Shown one piece after another: positions 1-9,144 of a stretch of 64,000 bases of DNA. Every line of letters begins with the position of its first letter. Position 1 is the stretch's first letter. The stretch lies in the NCBI GenBank assembly GCA_963665665.1, contig OY762428.1, positions 3,232,001 to 3,296,000 of the forward strand. The letters run 5' to 3'. The notes under the pieces were generated by a model. That model was not told where the DNA came from. It saw only the letters and a program-made list of their open reading frames with translations, and ran no database searches. This DNA is from Candidatus Kapaibacterium sp. (GTDB lineage Bacteria > Bacteroidota > Ignavibacteria > Kapaibacteriales > UBA2268). Made by a program: the position numbers and the translations under genes.

Positions 1-435
1 AGTGGTTTTGCCTTTATGATGGAATCTGCAAAATACTGCAATCTTAGATATGGCTTCAGGATCGATAAAATTTCGTTCGAAAGGCCCGAGGATGAGAAAA
101 AAAAATATTTTGATGATTTCCTGATCCTGTCACCCGAGGTCAGGTATATATTTACAAAAGGGCCTTGCTACGGGGGGAAGTTCGCGCCTTATATACAGGG
201 GATGCTGAACCTTAGTTCCATTGGTGGCAGCGACAATCTGTCACGAGGAGGAATGGGCGCTTCGCTTGGTGCAGGAATATTCTATCCATTTTCTTTCCTT
301 AAGCGCTGCTGGAGTGTCGATTTCGGCATTCAGTACTCTGCTCCGAACTTTATTTTCAAGGCCGACGGCAGGCCGTCGCTTGAATCCATTAATATCAATA
401 TCGGCATCAGTGTTGGCGGGGGAGGTGAAAGATGA
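1..435 (+). CDS. Outer-membrane beta-barrel protein, 5'-truncated by window edge
   Basis: Frame is open from base 1; alternating amphipathic strands (PEVRYIF, PYIQG, GASLGAGIFY, VDFGIQY, NINIGISVG). Confidence 0.6.
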   Translation, partial: SGFAFMMESAKYCNLRYGFRIDKISFERPEDEKKKYFDDFLILSPEVRYIFTKGPCYGGKFAPYIQGMLNLSSIGGSDNLSRGGMGASLGAGIFYPFSFLKRCWSVDFGIQYSAPNFIFKADGRPSLESININIGISVGGGGER

Positions 436-1568
436 TGAAAACCTGCTTATATATTATTGCAATAGTTGGTTTTATAACTGTTCTTTCGTCTTGTTCCAAT
501 TTTCAAAGACATGACGATGCTTTGAGAATCAAGGATGAAGCTGCAAAAAAATACTACAGGCATCCTACAGAAGAATTCATGCGCGACGGCTCAACGCTAC
601 ACGGCACAGTTGTGAAAGTTCAGGTTACTTCTATCCCTGATTCATGCCCGGTAACGCCGGAAACACATTTTACAAAGAAAACTTCTGTTGTATTTCTTGA
701 CCACAAAGCAAAGGCAAAACCGGAGAATTTCGAGATAATTCCAATCGAGGATGTTCAGCTAATTTCAGATTTGTTTGATATGCCGCGGAATGATTACAAC
801 AATATTAATATATTCGAAAACTTCAACAGCCCGGATGAAATGCGCCCGGCAAGAGAAGTACCGGTTGACACTATAGAAATTGATACATGCTGTCCGTGCA
901 ATTGCGTACCCTGGGAGTTAAGCCTCGCTTTGGACCTTAATCTGAAGTGCGTGGAAAGGAATTTTAAATGGTATTTCCTTGAGGTCAGAGGAGCCTATGC
1001 AATGTACAGTGATTTTTACAGCCTGACCGATGAAAGAGGACGCGACAGCTATCCATTCGAGATTGCTGCCGGAGTAAGGCTTGGTGAGAATAAAGAATGG
1101 GGTGTTGGCGCTGCTTTTACCACAGGTATCAAAACATACAATTCATTCAAGTCATTGGATTATACACGTCCGGTAATCATGCTTCACGGTCGCTGGCAGT
1201 CCTCGAAAGATAAATTTATGGGATTGTGTATGAGGCCATTTCTTTACGGGCAATTCGGTTTTTCTATTGATAAGCTTTCAATGTCTCTTATGGATTTCAA
1301 TTTCAATACCGGCTGCGACAATTGCAAGAAATATCTGAAGGGTCTGGAAAATAACGGGCAGCTACCCGGTGTGGATTTTTCAGTCCCGCTTTCATTTGGT
1401 ATAGGAGCGGGAATAGATATCCCTATAGTCGAAGACCTTGACCTGTCGTTTGATCTGGGCTTCCGTTCAATTGCCTTTGGCGAAGCTGTAGCTATTGCCG
1501 GTTTCGATAATGTGCCTTCCAACAGGAGGGTTAATATGATGATAATGCGTTTTGGTTTTACTTTATAG
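432..1568 (+). CDS. Putative lipoprotein with Cys-rich linker and C-terminal beta-barrel
   Basis: Lipobox VLSS-C; CCPCNC linker; barrel-like C-terminus (FGIGAGIDIP, FDLGFRS, MRFGFTL); overlaps previous stop. Confidence 0.6.
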   Translation: MMKTCLYIIAIVGFITVLSSCSNFQRHDDALRIKDEAAKKYYRHPTEEFMRDGSTLHGTVVKVQVTSIPDSCPVTPETHFTKKTSVVFLDHKAKAKPENFEIIPIEDVQLISDLFDMPRNDYNNINIFENFNSPDEMRPAREVPVDTIEIDTCCPCNCVPWELSLALDLNLKCVERNFKWYFLEVRGAYAMYSDFYSLTDERGRDSYPFEIAAGVRLGENKEWGVGAAFTTGIKTYNSFKSLDYTRPVIMLHGRWQSSKDKFMGLCMRPFLYGQFGFSIDKLSMSLMDFNFNTGCDNCKKYLKGLENNGQLPGVDFSVPLSFGIGAGIDIPIVEDLDLSFDLGFRSIAFGEAVAIAGFDNVPSNRRVNMMIMRFGFTL

Positions 1569-1577
1569 CAAATAATT

Positions 1578-2459
1578 ATGAAAAGATATATCATCCCAAT
1601 AGTATTTCTGTTTTCCTTCTTTCTTTATTCCTGCGGAGACTGCGACCTGGTAACAGCTGATTATCCGTGCAGGGTTAGAGAAGCAACAATAACGAAATTT
1701 GACCCCCGCCTGATACAGGCAAATGATTCTACTGTATACCCGGTGCCGACATATTCAATTCATACATTTCAGTTTCCATCAACAAATTCAAGCTCCGGTG
1801 TGTTAACTAACGATACCAGGTTTGATCAGGAAAATTACTTAGATCAGTATATTGTTATTGATGAAACTTCTGCTATGGCAGGAGTCCGGGAAGTACGCCT
1901 GCAGCTTGTGGATTATTATCCGGTGAACGAGGATATAACCGGCGATGTGATGCTGATTGATATTGATACTGTCGGGGAGACAGGGGCATACCTGCGTTTT
2001 TACGGCTCACTGGCAAGATTCCCGGAAGATTTTTATTCCGAAGATGCCTATAAATTCTGTGACGAATACCTGAAGAATTATCGTGAGGAAGATGAAGATT
2101 ATGCCGAGATAAGTTCACAGGCTTCGCGTTACGGCGGTGGCCTGGAAAATGCCGACGCAATGAGCTATAACGAGGACAACCTTGTTGTACTCGATGACGA
2201 CGGTGAAGATATAACTAAAACGCATCTTAGCTTAATCGATCAGTCCGTTAAGGACGGCCTTCTGAATAGTTCAAAGGCAAATGCAGCGGACCTGCATGTT
2301 TTCCCCGGCGAGGTTTATTATTACAAAGCGCGGAACGGAAAGGAGTTTGCAATCGTTATTGTAGATATAAACCGAGGGGCATTTGAACCAAATATAAAGC
2401 GCCTTACTTTGAAATTCTCGGAGTTGCGCGGGATGAAGGTTAGCGAATGCCCGGATTGA
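1578..2459 (+). CDS. Hypothetical acidic lipoprotein
   Basis: Lipobox FLYS-C after hydrophobic stretch; 293 aa; operonic spacing. Confidence 0.65.
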   Translation: MKRYIIPIVFLFSFFLYSCGDCDLVTADYPCRVREATITKFDPRLIQANDSTVYPVPTYSIHTFQFPSTNSSSGVLTNDTRFDQENYLDQYIVIDETSAMAGVREVRLQLVDYYPVNEDITGDVMLIDIDTVGETGAYLRFYGSLARFPEDFYSEDAYKFCDEYLKNYREEDEDYAEISSQASRYGGGLENADAMSYNEDNLVVLDDDGEDITKTHLSLIDQSVKDGLLNSSKANAADLHVFPGEVYYYKARNGKEFAIVIVDINRGAFEPNIKRLTLKFSELRGMKVSECPD

Positions 2460-2485
2460 TCTTTAAAAAATTTCCGGAGAATAGT

Positions 2486-4171
2486 ATGTTTAAGTATTTA
2501 CTTTTTCTAATTATTACGATATCTTTTGCCTCTGCTCAGGATATTCCTGACAGCAGGATATGCGACTGGCAAAGGCCCGCAAAAGAAGCTCAGCCATCCG
2601 ATAATATAATAAATGCTATTGAAGCCGGGCTGAAAACCGGCGGAGCAATTCCAAACGATGAAGCATTGAAGCAGATACTTGATGAAAATGATTCGGTAAC
2701 GGTGTTTTTTCCCGAAGGAGTGTTTCTTTTTGAAAACCCTGTTAACCTGAGATCAAACCAGAATATTATTGGTTCGGGCAGAGAAACACAATTTTTCTTT
2801 AATGGTGACGCAGGTTCGGATTTTATTGTCATCAGAGGAACTAAATACAGGACTCTTATTCAGCTGAATACTGATGTTCAACAAGGGCAGAAATCCCTGC
2901 CTGATCCTGACAGCCGATTATCTGAAAATTACATGTATCTGATAAAAGACAACGACAGCTCGAAAATTACATCTGACTGGGCATCTTTCAGTACCGGGCA
3001 GATGATATCGATAGCGGGGCTTAATGGTGATTCGGCAATTACAGACAGGCAGATAAGACGTTATTTTGATTCAGGCGCTTACATGGAAATGTTCTCACCT
3101 GCCGAAAATATTGTGCTGAAAGGATTTTTAATCTATAACGGAAGCCAGGCCGACGGGCAGTTCGCAAATATCAGGATAATAAATGGCAGGAATATACTGA
3201 TTGAATGTATTGAAAGTTATTTTTGTCATTTTGCTCATATTGCAATAAACGAAAGTAAAGAGATAACTGTTCGCGGGTCGTATTTTAATGATGCACATTC
3301 TTTTGGCGGCGGTGGCAGAGGCTACGGCATTGCAGTTCAGTATTCTTCCGGCGACTGCCTGATTGAGAACAATATCTTTGAAAGGCTAAGGCATTCAATA
3401 CTGCTTCAGGCTGGCGCAAACGGAAATATCATAAGCTATAATTATTCGCATTCCCCATTCTGGACTGAAGAAAATCTTCCGTCGGATGCTGCCGGAGATA
3501 TTGTTCTTCATGGTAATTATCCGTATATGAATTTATTCGAAAGTAATATTTGCCAGAATATTGTAATCGATGATTCTCATGGAATAAACGGCCCTAACAA
3601 TACATTTCTCAGAAATCGTGCTGAAAACTATGGCATTTTTATGAATTTCGCTCCTCCGAGTGATAATCAGAATTTTATCGGGAATGAAATTACAAGCACT
3701 GAATTGCTTCGCGGCCTTTACTTTTTGAACGGCAACGGCCATTTTGAATACGGGAACCGAGTTCAGGGAGAAGTTGAACCTTCGGGAACAGATGTAATTG
3801 ATATTGTCAGTTTATTCGAAAGCGATGAAGATATTATTGAGAAAAGGCTGCCGCTGATAGGCTATCCCGAAGAATACAACAATACCAATATACCGGCAAA
3901 AGAAAGATATGAAAATGGAATTCTGACTGAATGCGGCGAGCCAAGCAGCGTGTTGAATGGTAAAAATGATATTGAAAAAAGTGTTCCTGGAATATTTTCC
4001 AATATAAATTATCTAATATCACTTGTTTCTGATAAGGATTTCCGGTTGTTTAATGCTTGCGGAGAAGTATTACAGATAAATGATATTAATGATATTACCA
4101 GCTGTCCGAACGGATTATATATTGTTATCGCAGATGATGGCTCCAGGTATATGTATCTGAATGTTTGGTAG
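2486..4171 (+). CDS. Secreted right-handed beta-helix (pectate-lyase-3/GH28-like) protein with degenerate T9SS-like C-terminus
   Basis: Signal peptide MFKYLLFLIITISFASAQ; VFFPEGVF motif; Asn-ladder repeats (LIENNIF, NLFESN, NTFLRN); C-terminal FRLFNACGE...NGLYIV; ATG 2486 preferred to 2447. Confidence 0.7.
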   Translation: MFKYLLFLIITISFASAQDIPDSRICDWQRPAKEAQPSDNIINAIEAGLKTGGAIPNDEALKQILDENDSVTVFFPEGVFLFENPVNLRSNQNIIGSGRETQFFFNGDAGSDFIVIRGTKYRTLIQLNTDVQQGQKSLPDPDSRLSENYMYLIKDNDSSKITSDWASFSTGQMISIAGLNGDSAITDRQIRRYFDSGAYMEMFSPAENIVLKGFLIYNGSQADGQFANIRIINGRNILIECIESYFCHFAHIAINESKEITVRGSYFNDAHSFGGGGRGYGIAVQYSSGDCLIENNIFERLRHSILLQAGANGNIISYNYSHSPFWTEENLPSDAAGDIVLHGNYPYMNLFESNICQNIVIDDSHGINGPNNTFLRNRAENYGIFMNFAPPSDNQNFIGNEITSTELLRGLYFLNGNGHFEYGNRVQGEVEPSGTDVIDIVSLFESDEDIIEKRLPLIGYPEEYNNTNIPAKERYENGILTECGEPSSVLNGKNDIEKSVPGIFSNINYLISLVSDKDFRLFNACGEVLQINDINDITSCPNGLYIVIADDGSRYMYLNVW

Positions 4172-4230
4172 AAAGAATAGTACTGTTATTCAATTTATTT
4201 TGCCGGGGATTTTCAATGCAGATTTTTAAA

Positions 4231-4524
4231 CAGAAGTCCTAATTCCTGACTAAAAATCAAAGGGTTATAAGAACACCGCCGTAAATTAATATGTCGTAAA
4301 TAATAATGATTTTTATCATATCAAAATATCTGAACTGTTAATTATTATCATGACTGACCTCCCCAAACCCCTCCGAAGGAGGGGCTTACTGCAAAGCACT
4401 CCCCTTCGGGGAGGCGCGGCCCCTTACTAGGGTTTCACACTGCGTGTGTTTGGGAGGTGTCGGAAACTGAATTGAAATAATCAATAACTGAGATTTCAAC
4501 AATTATGTTGATTCCGTACTTCTA
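4231..4524 (+). mobile_element. MITE-like element with GC-rich multi-hairpin core (copy 1)
   Basis: Core 4355-4461 with hairpins cccctcc-gaa-ggagggg, ctcccc-ttc-ggggag, cacac-tgc-gtgtg; aligns by eye, including flanks, with inverted copy at 59405-59677. Confidence 0.7.
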
Positions 4525-4560
4525 ATATGTTTCCCTTTATAAAAAGTAATAAACCCTTTA

Positions 4561-5982
4561 TCAGTAATTCTTCAGAAAGTCTAAAAGCATCCTGATGCCG
4601 TAACCTGTTCCGCCCTTCCCAAGATAGCTTTCCTTTGAAGTGATGAAAGCTGGGCCTGCAATGTCAAGGTGTATGTATGGGGCATCGGTAAATTTCTCTA
4701 AAAATTTCCCGGCAGTTATGGCTCCTGCTATTCTTCCGCCGAGATTTTTCTGATCTGCAATATCAGATTTCATCATTTCGCCAAATTCATCCCAAAAAGG
4801 CATACGAACAAGGCGTTCATAGGTATTCAGCCCGCTTTTCTCCATTTTTGCAAAAACTTTGTCCGGAGCGTTACCCATGTTTACGATGCCATGATGTCCG
4901 AGAATCATCGCTGCTGCTCCGGTTAGCGTGGCAGCATCAATTACAAGTTCCGGTTTGTATCGTTTCGCATAGCTGAGCGCGTCTGCCAGGATAAGCCTGC
5001 CTTCGGCATCAGTATTCAGAACTTCAACTGTAGAGCCGTCGTGCATAGTTATGATATCACCCGGTGCGTAAGCGTTACCTCCGGGGCGGTTGTCAGTTGA
5101 AGGTATCAATGTAATAATATGCAGGGGCAATTCTGCTTTTGCTGCTGCAAAGATTGCTCCTGCAACAGTTGCCGCTCCTGCCATATCGCATTTCATCTCA
5201 TCCATGGAATTTTGCGTTGGTTTAAGGCTGAGCCCGCCTGTATCATAAACGAGGCCTTTGCCCACAAGAACTATCGGCTTTTTATTGCTGTATTCTTCGG
5301 GCTTCCATTCCAGTATAGTAAATGTAGGCGGCACTGGGCTTGCCTGGTTCACAGCAAGAATACCTCCCATACCTTCTTTTTCAATTGCTTTTTTATCAAG
5401 GACTTTAACTTTCAGTCCGGCCTTTTTCGCCATTTTTTTCAGTTCCCTGGCCAGAGTAGGAGAGTCAAGATAAGATACCGGTTCATTTACAAGATCCCTG
5501 GCAAAGAAGACAGGGAATACAATTGATTCAAGATACTTAATTTCATTGGATGAGGCTTGTTCCAGCGAGACAGTTTTCAGGTTGTATTTCTTTCTTTTTT
5601 TATCGCTGATATATTTATCAAATTTATAAGCGGAAAGAGCTAACCCTTCGGTAAAGGCTAATCTTTCTTCTTCTGTTTTCAGTTTATTTATTATACTGAT
5701 ATTTTTTATATCCAGCCTTTTCAAGAGGTCGTAAACGGAACTTCCTGCTTTTCTCAGCTTTTCGTGCTTTTCCCATTTCTTTCCTTTTGTGTTCCCGATT
5801 ACAAATATCAACCGGCGGTTGTATTGGTTTATGCTAACCATTTTCTTATCTTTTGCCGCCATACTTTCAAGGTATTCTTTCTCTTTGTCATCTGTGTAAT
5901 CATTATCGGCAATATCGTTTTTTCCTGTCAGGATTATCAGGTTCTCATCGGGATTTATTTCCCATTTGGTTTTAAATTTCAT
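4561..5982 (-). CDS. pepA: Leucyl aminopeptidase (M17)
   Basis: GKGLVYDTGG, MKCDMAGAA, NTDAEGRL, DAATLTGA and HLDIAG motifs. Confidence 0.95.
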   Translation of the reverse strand: MKFKTKWEINPDENLIILTGKNDIADNDYTDDKEKEYLESMAAKDKKMVSINQYNRRLIFVIGNTKGKKWEKHEKLRKAGSSVYDLLKRLDIKNISIINKLKTEEERLAFTEGLALSAYKFDKYISDKKRKKYNLKTVSLEQASSNEIKYLESIVFPVFFARDLVNEPVSYLDSPTLARELKKMAKKAGLKVKVLDKKAIEKEGMGGILAVNQASPVPPTFTILEWKPEEYSNKKPIVLVGKGLVYDTGGLSLKPTQNSMDEMKCDMAGAATVAGAIFAAAKAELPLHIITLIPSTDNRPGGNAYAPGDIITMHDGSTVEVLNTDAEGRLILADALSYAKRYKPELVIDAATLTGAAAMILGHHGIVNMGNAPDKVFAKMEKSGLNTYERLVRMPFWDEFGEMMKSDIADQKNLGGRIAGAITAGKFLEKFTDAPYIHLDIAGPAFITSKESYLGKGGTGYGIRMLLDFLKNY

Positions 5983-6067
5983 TCTATTCTTGCGTGTTTG
6001 TTATTAATCAAATTTTTTCCTTACAATGGGACGTGTGAAACAGCCTTTTCGGGTATTGAATTTCTAA

Positions 6068-6165
6068 GTAGTGGCAATCACTGTGGTTGCCGTGGGTATG
6101 TGTGGTTGTCCTGAATAAATTGATTGCCATGAAATGCAAAGGGCGTTCACAAGCTACGCCCCTAC
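6068..6165. repeat. Inverted pair of GTAG-type REP-like palindromes (REPIN-like)
   Basis: GTAG-tggcaatcac-tgtggttgcc on + and gggcgt-tcacaagct-acgccc-CTAC at right end; GTAG heads at both outer ends. Confidence 0.55.
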
Positions 6166-6210
6166 TAAAATATCATCCCGAATGTGTCGGGCATTTTAAA
6201 GCACACATAT

Positions 6211-7566
6211 CTATTCTTTAACAAATATTTCGCTAAATGTGCTAAAGCGGAGGGTGTAAATCCCCGCAGGTAAGAAGGATATATCTATTCTATGATTGGA
6301 ACTGGCTTGCCTGTTCAAAATATTTATCACTCTTTTGCCAAGCAGGTTGTAGATTTCTATTTGAGTATCTTGAACAAGGGGTTGCACCCCCTTGACTGCA
6401 TGGTTTATTTCAATAAAATCGGAAGCGGGGTTGGGGAAGATAATTATATTGTCCAACAAATTTTTGTTTTCTACATTTGCTTCAATAATATTAATTTTTA
6501 ATGCAGGATCGCCAAATAAATGAAATTGAAATAAGGCTCTGTTATATTCTTGTGCCGTTACATAGGGGTAATATTTTTTTACAGTTTCAGGCATTTTCTT
6601 ATTATTAATTGCTTTTATAATTACATCACCAAGTCTCTCGTTTTTATTTACTTCCTTGCTGAAACCATACAATAAAGGATTCTGTCCTCTCGACGAAGTA
6701 TTGAAAGCGCCAATAAATGCAACAGCTCCATTTTTAGATGCAAGCATTTTTGTCGCAAAGCAATCTGTTTCAAGAGTATCAATTTTGCCGGTAAATGTCC
6801 CTGTAAGACAAGAAGCTGAAAATACAACAGGATAATATTCAGAATTTGTTAAAAACGGAATCCCAAAAACCCCCATGCCAAAAGACCATTTCTGAATATT
6901 GCCGTGGCCATGATATAGAATATACTTTACATCGTTATTTATTGCCTGCACATCACTTAAAGCATCATTGGGTGTTTCATCAAGCGATGTTTCGTGTCTG
7001 TGCATGTACCCATAGCTTTTAAAAAAGGAATTATACATCTCAAATAATATTTCATCATTAAACTCAAGAACCCAGGGTTCGAGAGGTTCTGTAGGGTTAC
7101 CGCCTGCATGTGTATATATTTTCTTAGGGATATTTTCTAAATTCTTTTCAAATGATATTGTTTTATGAATAATATTACTTAATTCTTCTGTATTATCAGC
7201 AAAGAACAAACCTATCGGAATCTGAATACTGAACAAACTGTCGGTTTGCTCTGAAACCCAGTAATTGTAGGATTCTACAGCGCTGGAATATGGTATTTTT
7301 TTTGAGGGAAAATCGGAATGGCCGCCTACTAAAAGTATGTATTGCGGATTAATGCTTGAAATATAATTCTGAAATTCAGCAATAGTTTTCCCAATATCAT
7401 TATTAAGTTTATGAAAAACCTCGAAATCTATTTCTCGATATTCTACAAATTCTTTTAGTATTTCTGAGTTGTAAAAAGAATCATTTGAAATAATTAGATA
7501 TCTATCTTTCGAATACATATCAAAATACGTAACAAAAAATATCACAATAAGTAAAAGCGCCCTCAT
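6211..7566 (-). CDS. C25 (gingipain-family) cysteine peptidase with T9SS C-terminal sorting domain
   Basis: YILLVGG, catalytic YHGHG and SASC-LTG, GAVAFIG, LFGDPAL; CTD IFPNPASD...IYNLLG...LPAGIY. Confidence 0.85.
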   Translation of the reverse strand: MRALLLIVIFFVTYFDMYSKDRYLIISNDSFYNSEILKEFVEYREIDFEVFHKLNNDIGKTIAEFQNYISSINPQYILLVGGHSDFPSKKIPYSSAVESYNYWVSEQTDSLFSIQIPIGLFFADNTEELSNIIHKTISFEKNLENIPKKIYTHAGGNPTEPLEPWVLEFNDEILFEMYNSFFKSYGYMHRHETSLDETPNDALSDVQAINNDVKYILYHGHGNIQKWSFGMGVFGIPFLTNSEYYPVVFSASCLTGTFTGKIDTLETDCFATKMLASKNGAVAFIGAFNTSSRGQNPLLYGFSKEVNKNERLGDVIIKAINNKKMPETVKKYYPYVTAQEYNRALFQFHLFGDPALKINIIEANVENKNLLDNIIIFPNPASDFIEINHAVKGVQPLVQDTQIEIYNLLGKRVINILNRQASSNHRIDISFLPAGIYTLRFSTFSEIFVKE

Positions 7567-8771
7567 CTCATCACCAGAAATTTATCCGAATAATTCCCAA
7601 TTTTAATAAAATATTGCTCTGCGGGAAGACCTGAAATATCTATTCTTTGCATGGAACAGGCTTGCTTGTTCCATGCATTCAACACGCATTCGCCAAGCAG
7701 GTTGTAGATTTCTATTTCTTCGTCATCAACCCAGGGGTTAATCCCTGGGTTGACAATCTTAATTTCAATAAAATCTGAAGCAGGGTTGGGATAGATAGAT
7801 AGTATGGGTTCGTGAATATTATCATCAACTTCTGTTAGCTCTGAATATTTAAGAAGTGTCCTCTCCCCTCCGCAGGCATAAACTATATTTCGTATAGGAA
7901 ATACTTTTCCAAGTGTATTTTTTGTTCCGCTTTCTTCTTTAATCCATGTTTCTCCAAGATCCGTAGATTTTAAGATTGTACCTTTGTTGCCAACTGCCCA
8001 GCCATTGTTCTCATCTAAAAAAAATACGTCATATAGTGTAAGCTCTCCATATACAGGATTTTTCTTCGTTTGCCAGTCCATCCCATTGGTAGTTTTTGAT
8101 ATCATACCTGCATCACCAACGGCAAAACCTGTTTTTGTACCAGGTAAGAAATAAATCCCCACATGATTGTCGTGGGAATAACTTTGGTCCCTTTGGTCAA
8201 CATCGTCAATCAGATGCCTTATTACATATTCACCGCAAATCCAGGCCTCGTTTTCTGAAATCATTGAAACAGCATCAATATCAGAGGCAATATTCAGCTC
8301 AATTTTATTGATTCCGGAATCTGAAATTCTATATACACTCCCATTCTGCCCGGTTAAATATCCGGTTGATTCCATTGTAGGATTGGGTGGGAAGTCAATA
8401 TCGGTAATTGTTCCGTCCCCCATTGTCCCGTGATATTTCCAATCGGCCCCGCCATTAGTTGTTTTATATACTATACCGCTATAACCTGCGCAGAAACCGA
8501 AATTTTCATTAATCATAAAGATTGTTGTTAATTGGGTATTATATTCGGTATCCTGAGGAGTGAAAGTGACGCCGCCGTCATTTGTGAAAAATACTTTCTT
8601 AGCAAGCAAGGTTGTTATCCAACCGGTATTTTCGTCAATAAAGAAAACATCAGTAATCAAATCATTGCTGTCAATAGGGACATTTTCACCAATATCCACC
8701 CAGCCATACTCCTGGGCACTTAAGGGGAAAATAAAGAATATGGCAAGCAAAAGGGATAATATCGTTTTCAT
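7563..8771 (-). CDS. YCF48/BNR-repeat beta-propeller protein with T9SS C-terminal sorting domain
   Basis: Repeated DVFFxDENxGW and KTTNGGxxW motifs; signal peptide MKTILSLLLAIFFIFPLSA; CTD IYPNPASD...IYNLLG; start 8771 preferred to 8795. Confidence 0.85.
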   Translation of the reverse strand: MKTILSLLLAIFFIFPLSAQEYGWVDIGENVPIDSNDLITDVFFIDENTGWITTLLAKKVFFTNDGGVTFTPQDTEYNTQLTTIFMINENFGFCAGYSGIVYKTTNGGADWKYHGTMGDGTITDIDFPPNPTMESTGYLTGQNGSVYRISDSGINKIELNIASDIDAVSMISENEAWICGEYVIRHLIDDVDQRDQSYSHDNHVGIYFLPGTKTGFAVGDAGMISKTTNGMDWQTKKNPVYGELTLYDVFFLDENNGWAVGNKGTILKSTDLGETWIKEESGTKNTLGKVFPIRNIVYACGGERTLLKYSELTEVDDNIHEPILSIYPNPASDFIEIKIVNPGINPWVDDEEIEIYNLLGECVLNAWNKQACSMQRIDISGLPAEQYFIKIGNYSDKFLVMR

Positions 8772-9144
8772 AGCCTTTAAACCAATGGTGTACAAGTTTT
8801 TATAAATTTATAAAATATCAGATTACTTTCAAAGAATATTTTATAACTGTCCCGATAAGGGAATACTTAAAATGCCTGAAAATTGTATCAATTATATATT
8901 CCATCATTTTTCGATATATTTCAAGTGGCAAATCACAATATATCGGAATAAGCCTAAATTAAAGAATTAGCGATATAATATAACTGAAAGGGCAAAATGT
9001 TGATTTAACTGATGTTCAATTAATGGTCTATCAATTGAACAAGCAGACATAATATATCACATTTAATTCATTTAGTCCCAAAGGTAACACGATTATCGAT
9101 TTTTTGGGGAATGGTAAATCCGATACTATCAAAAAAAGCTATTC

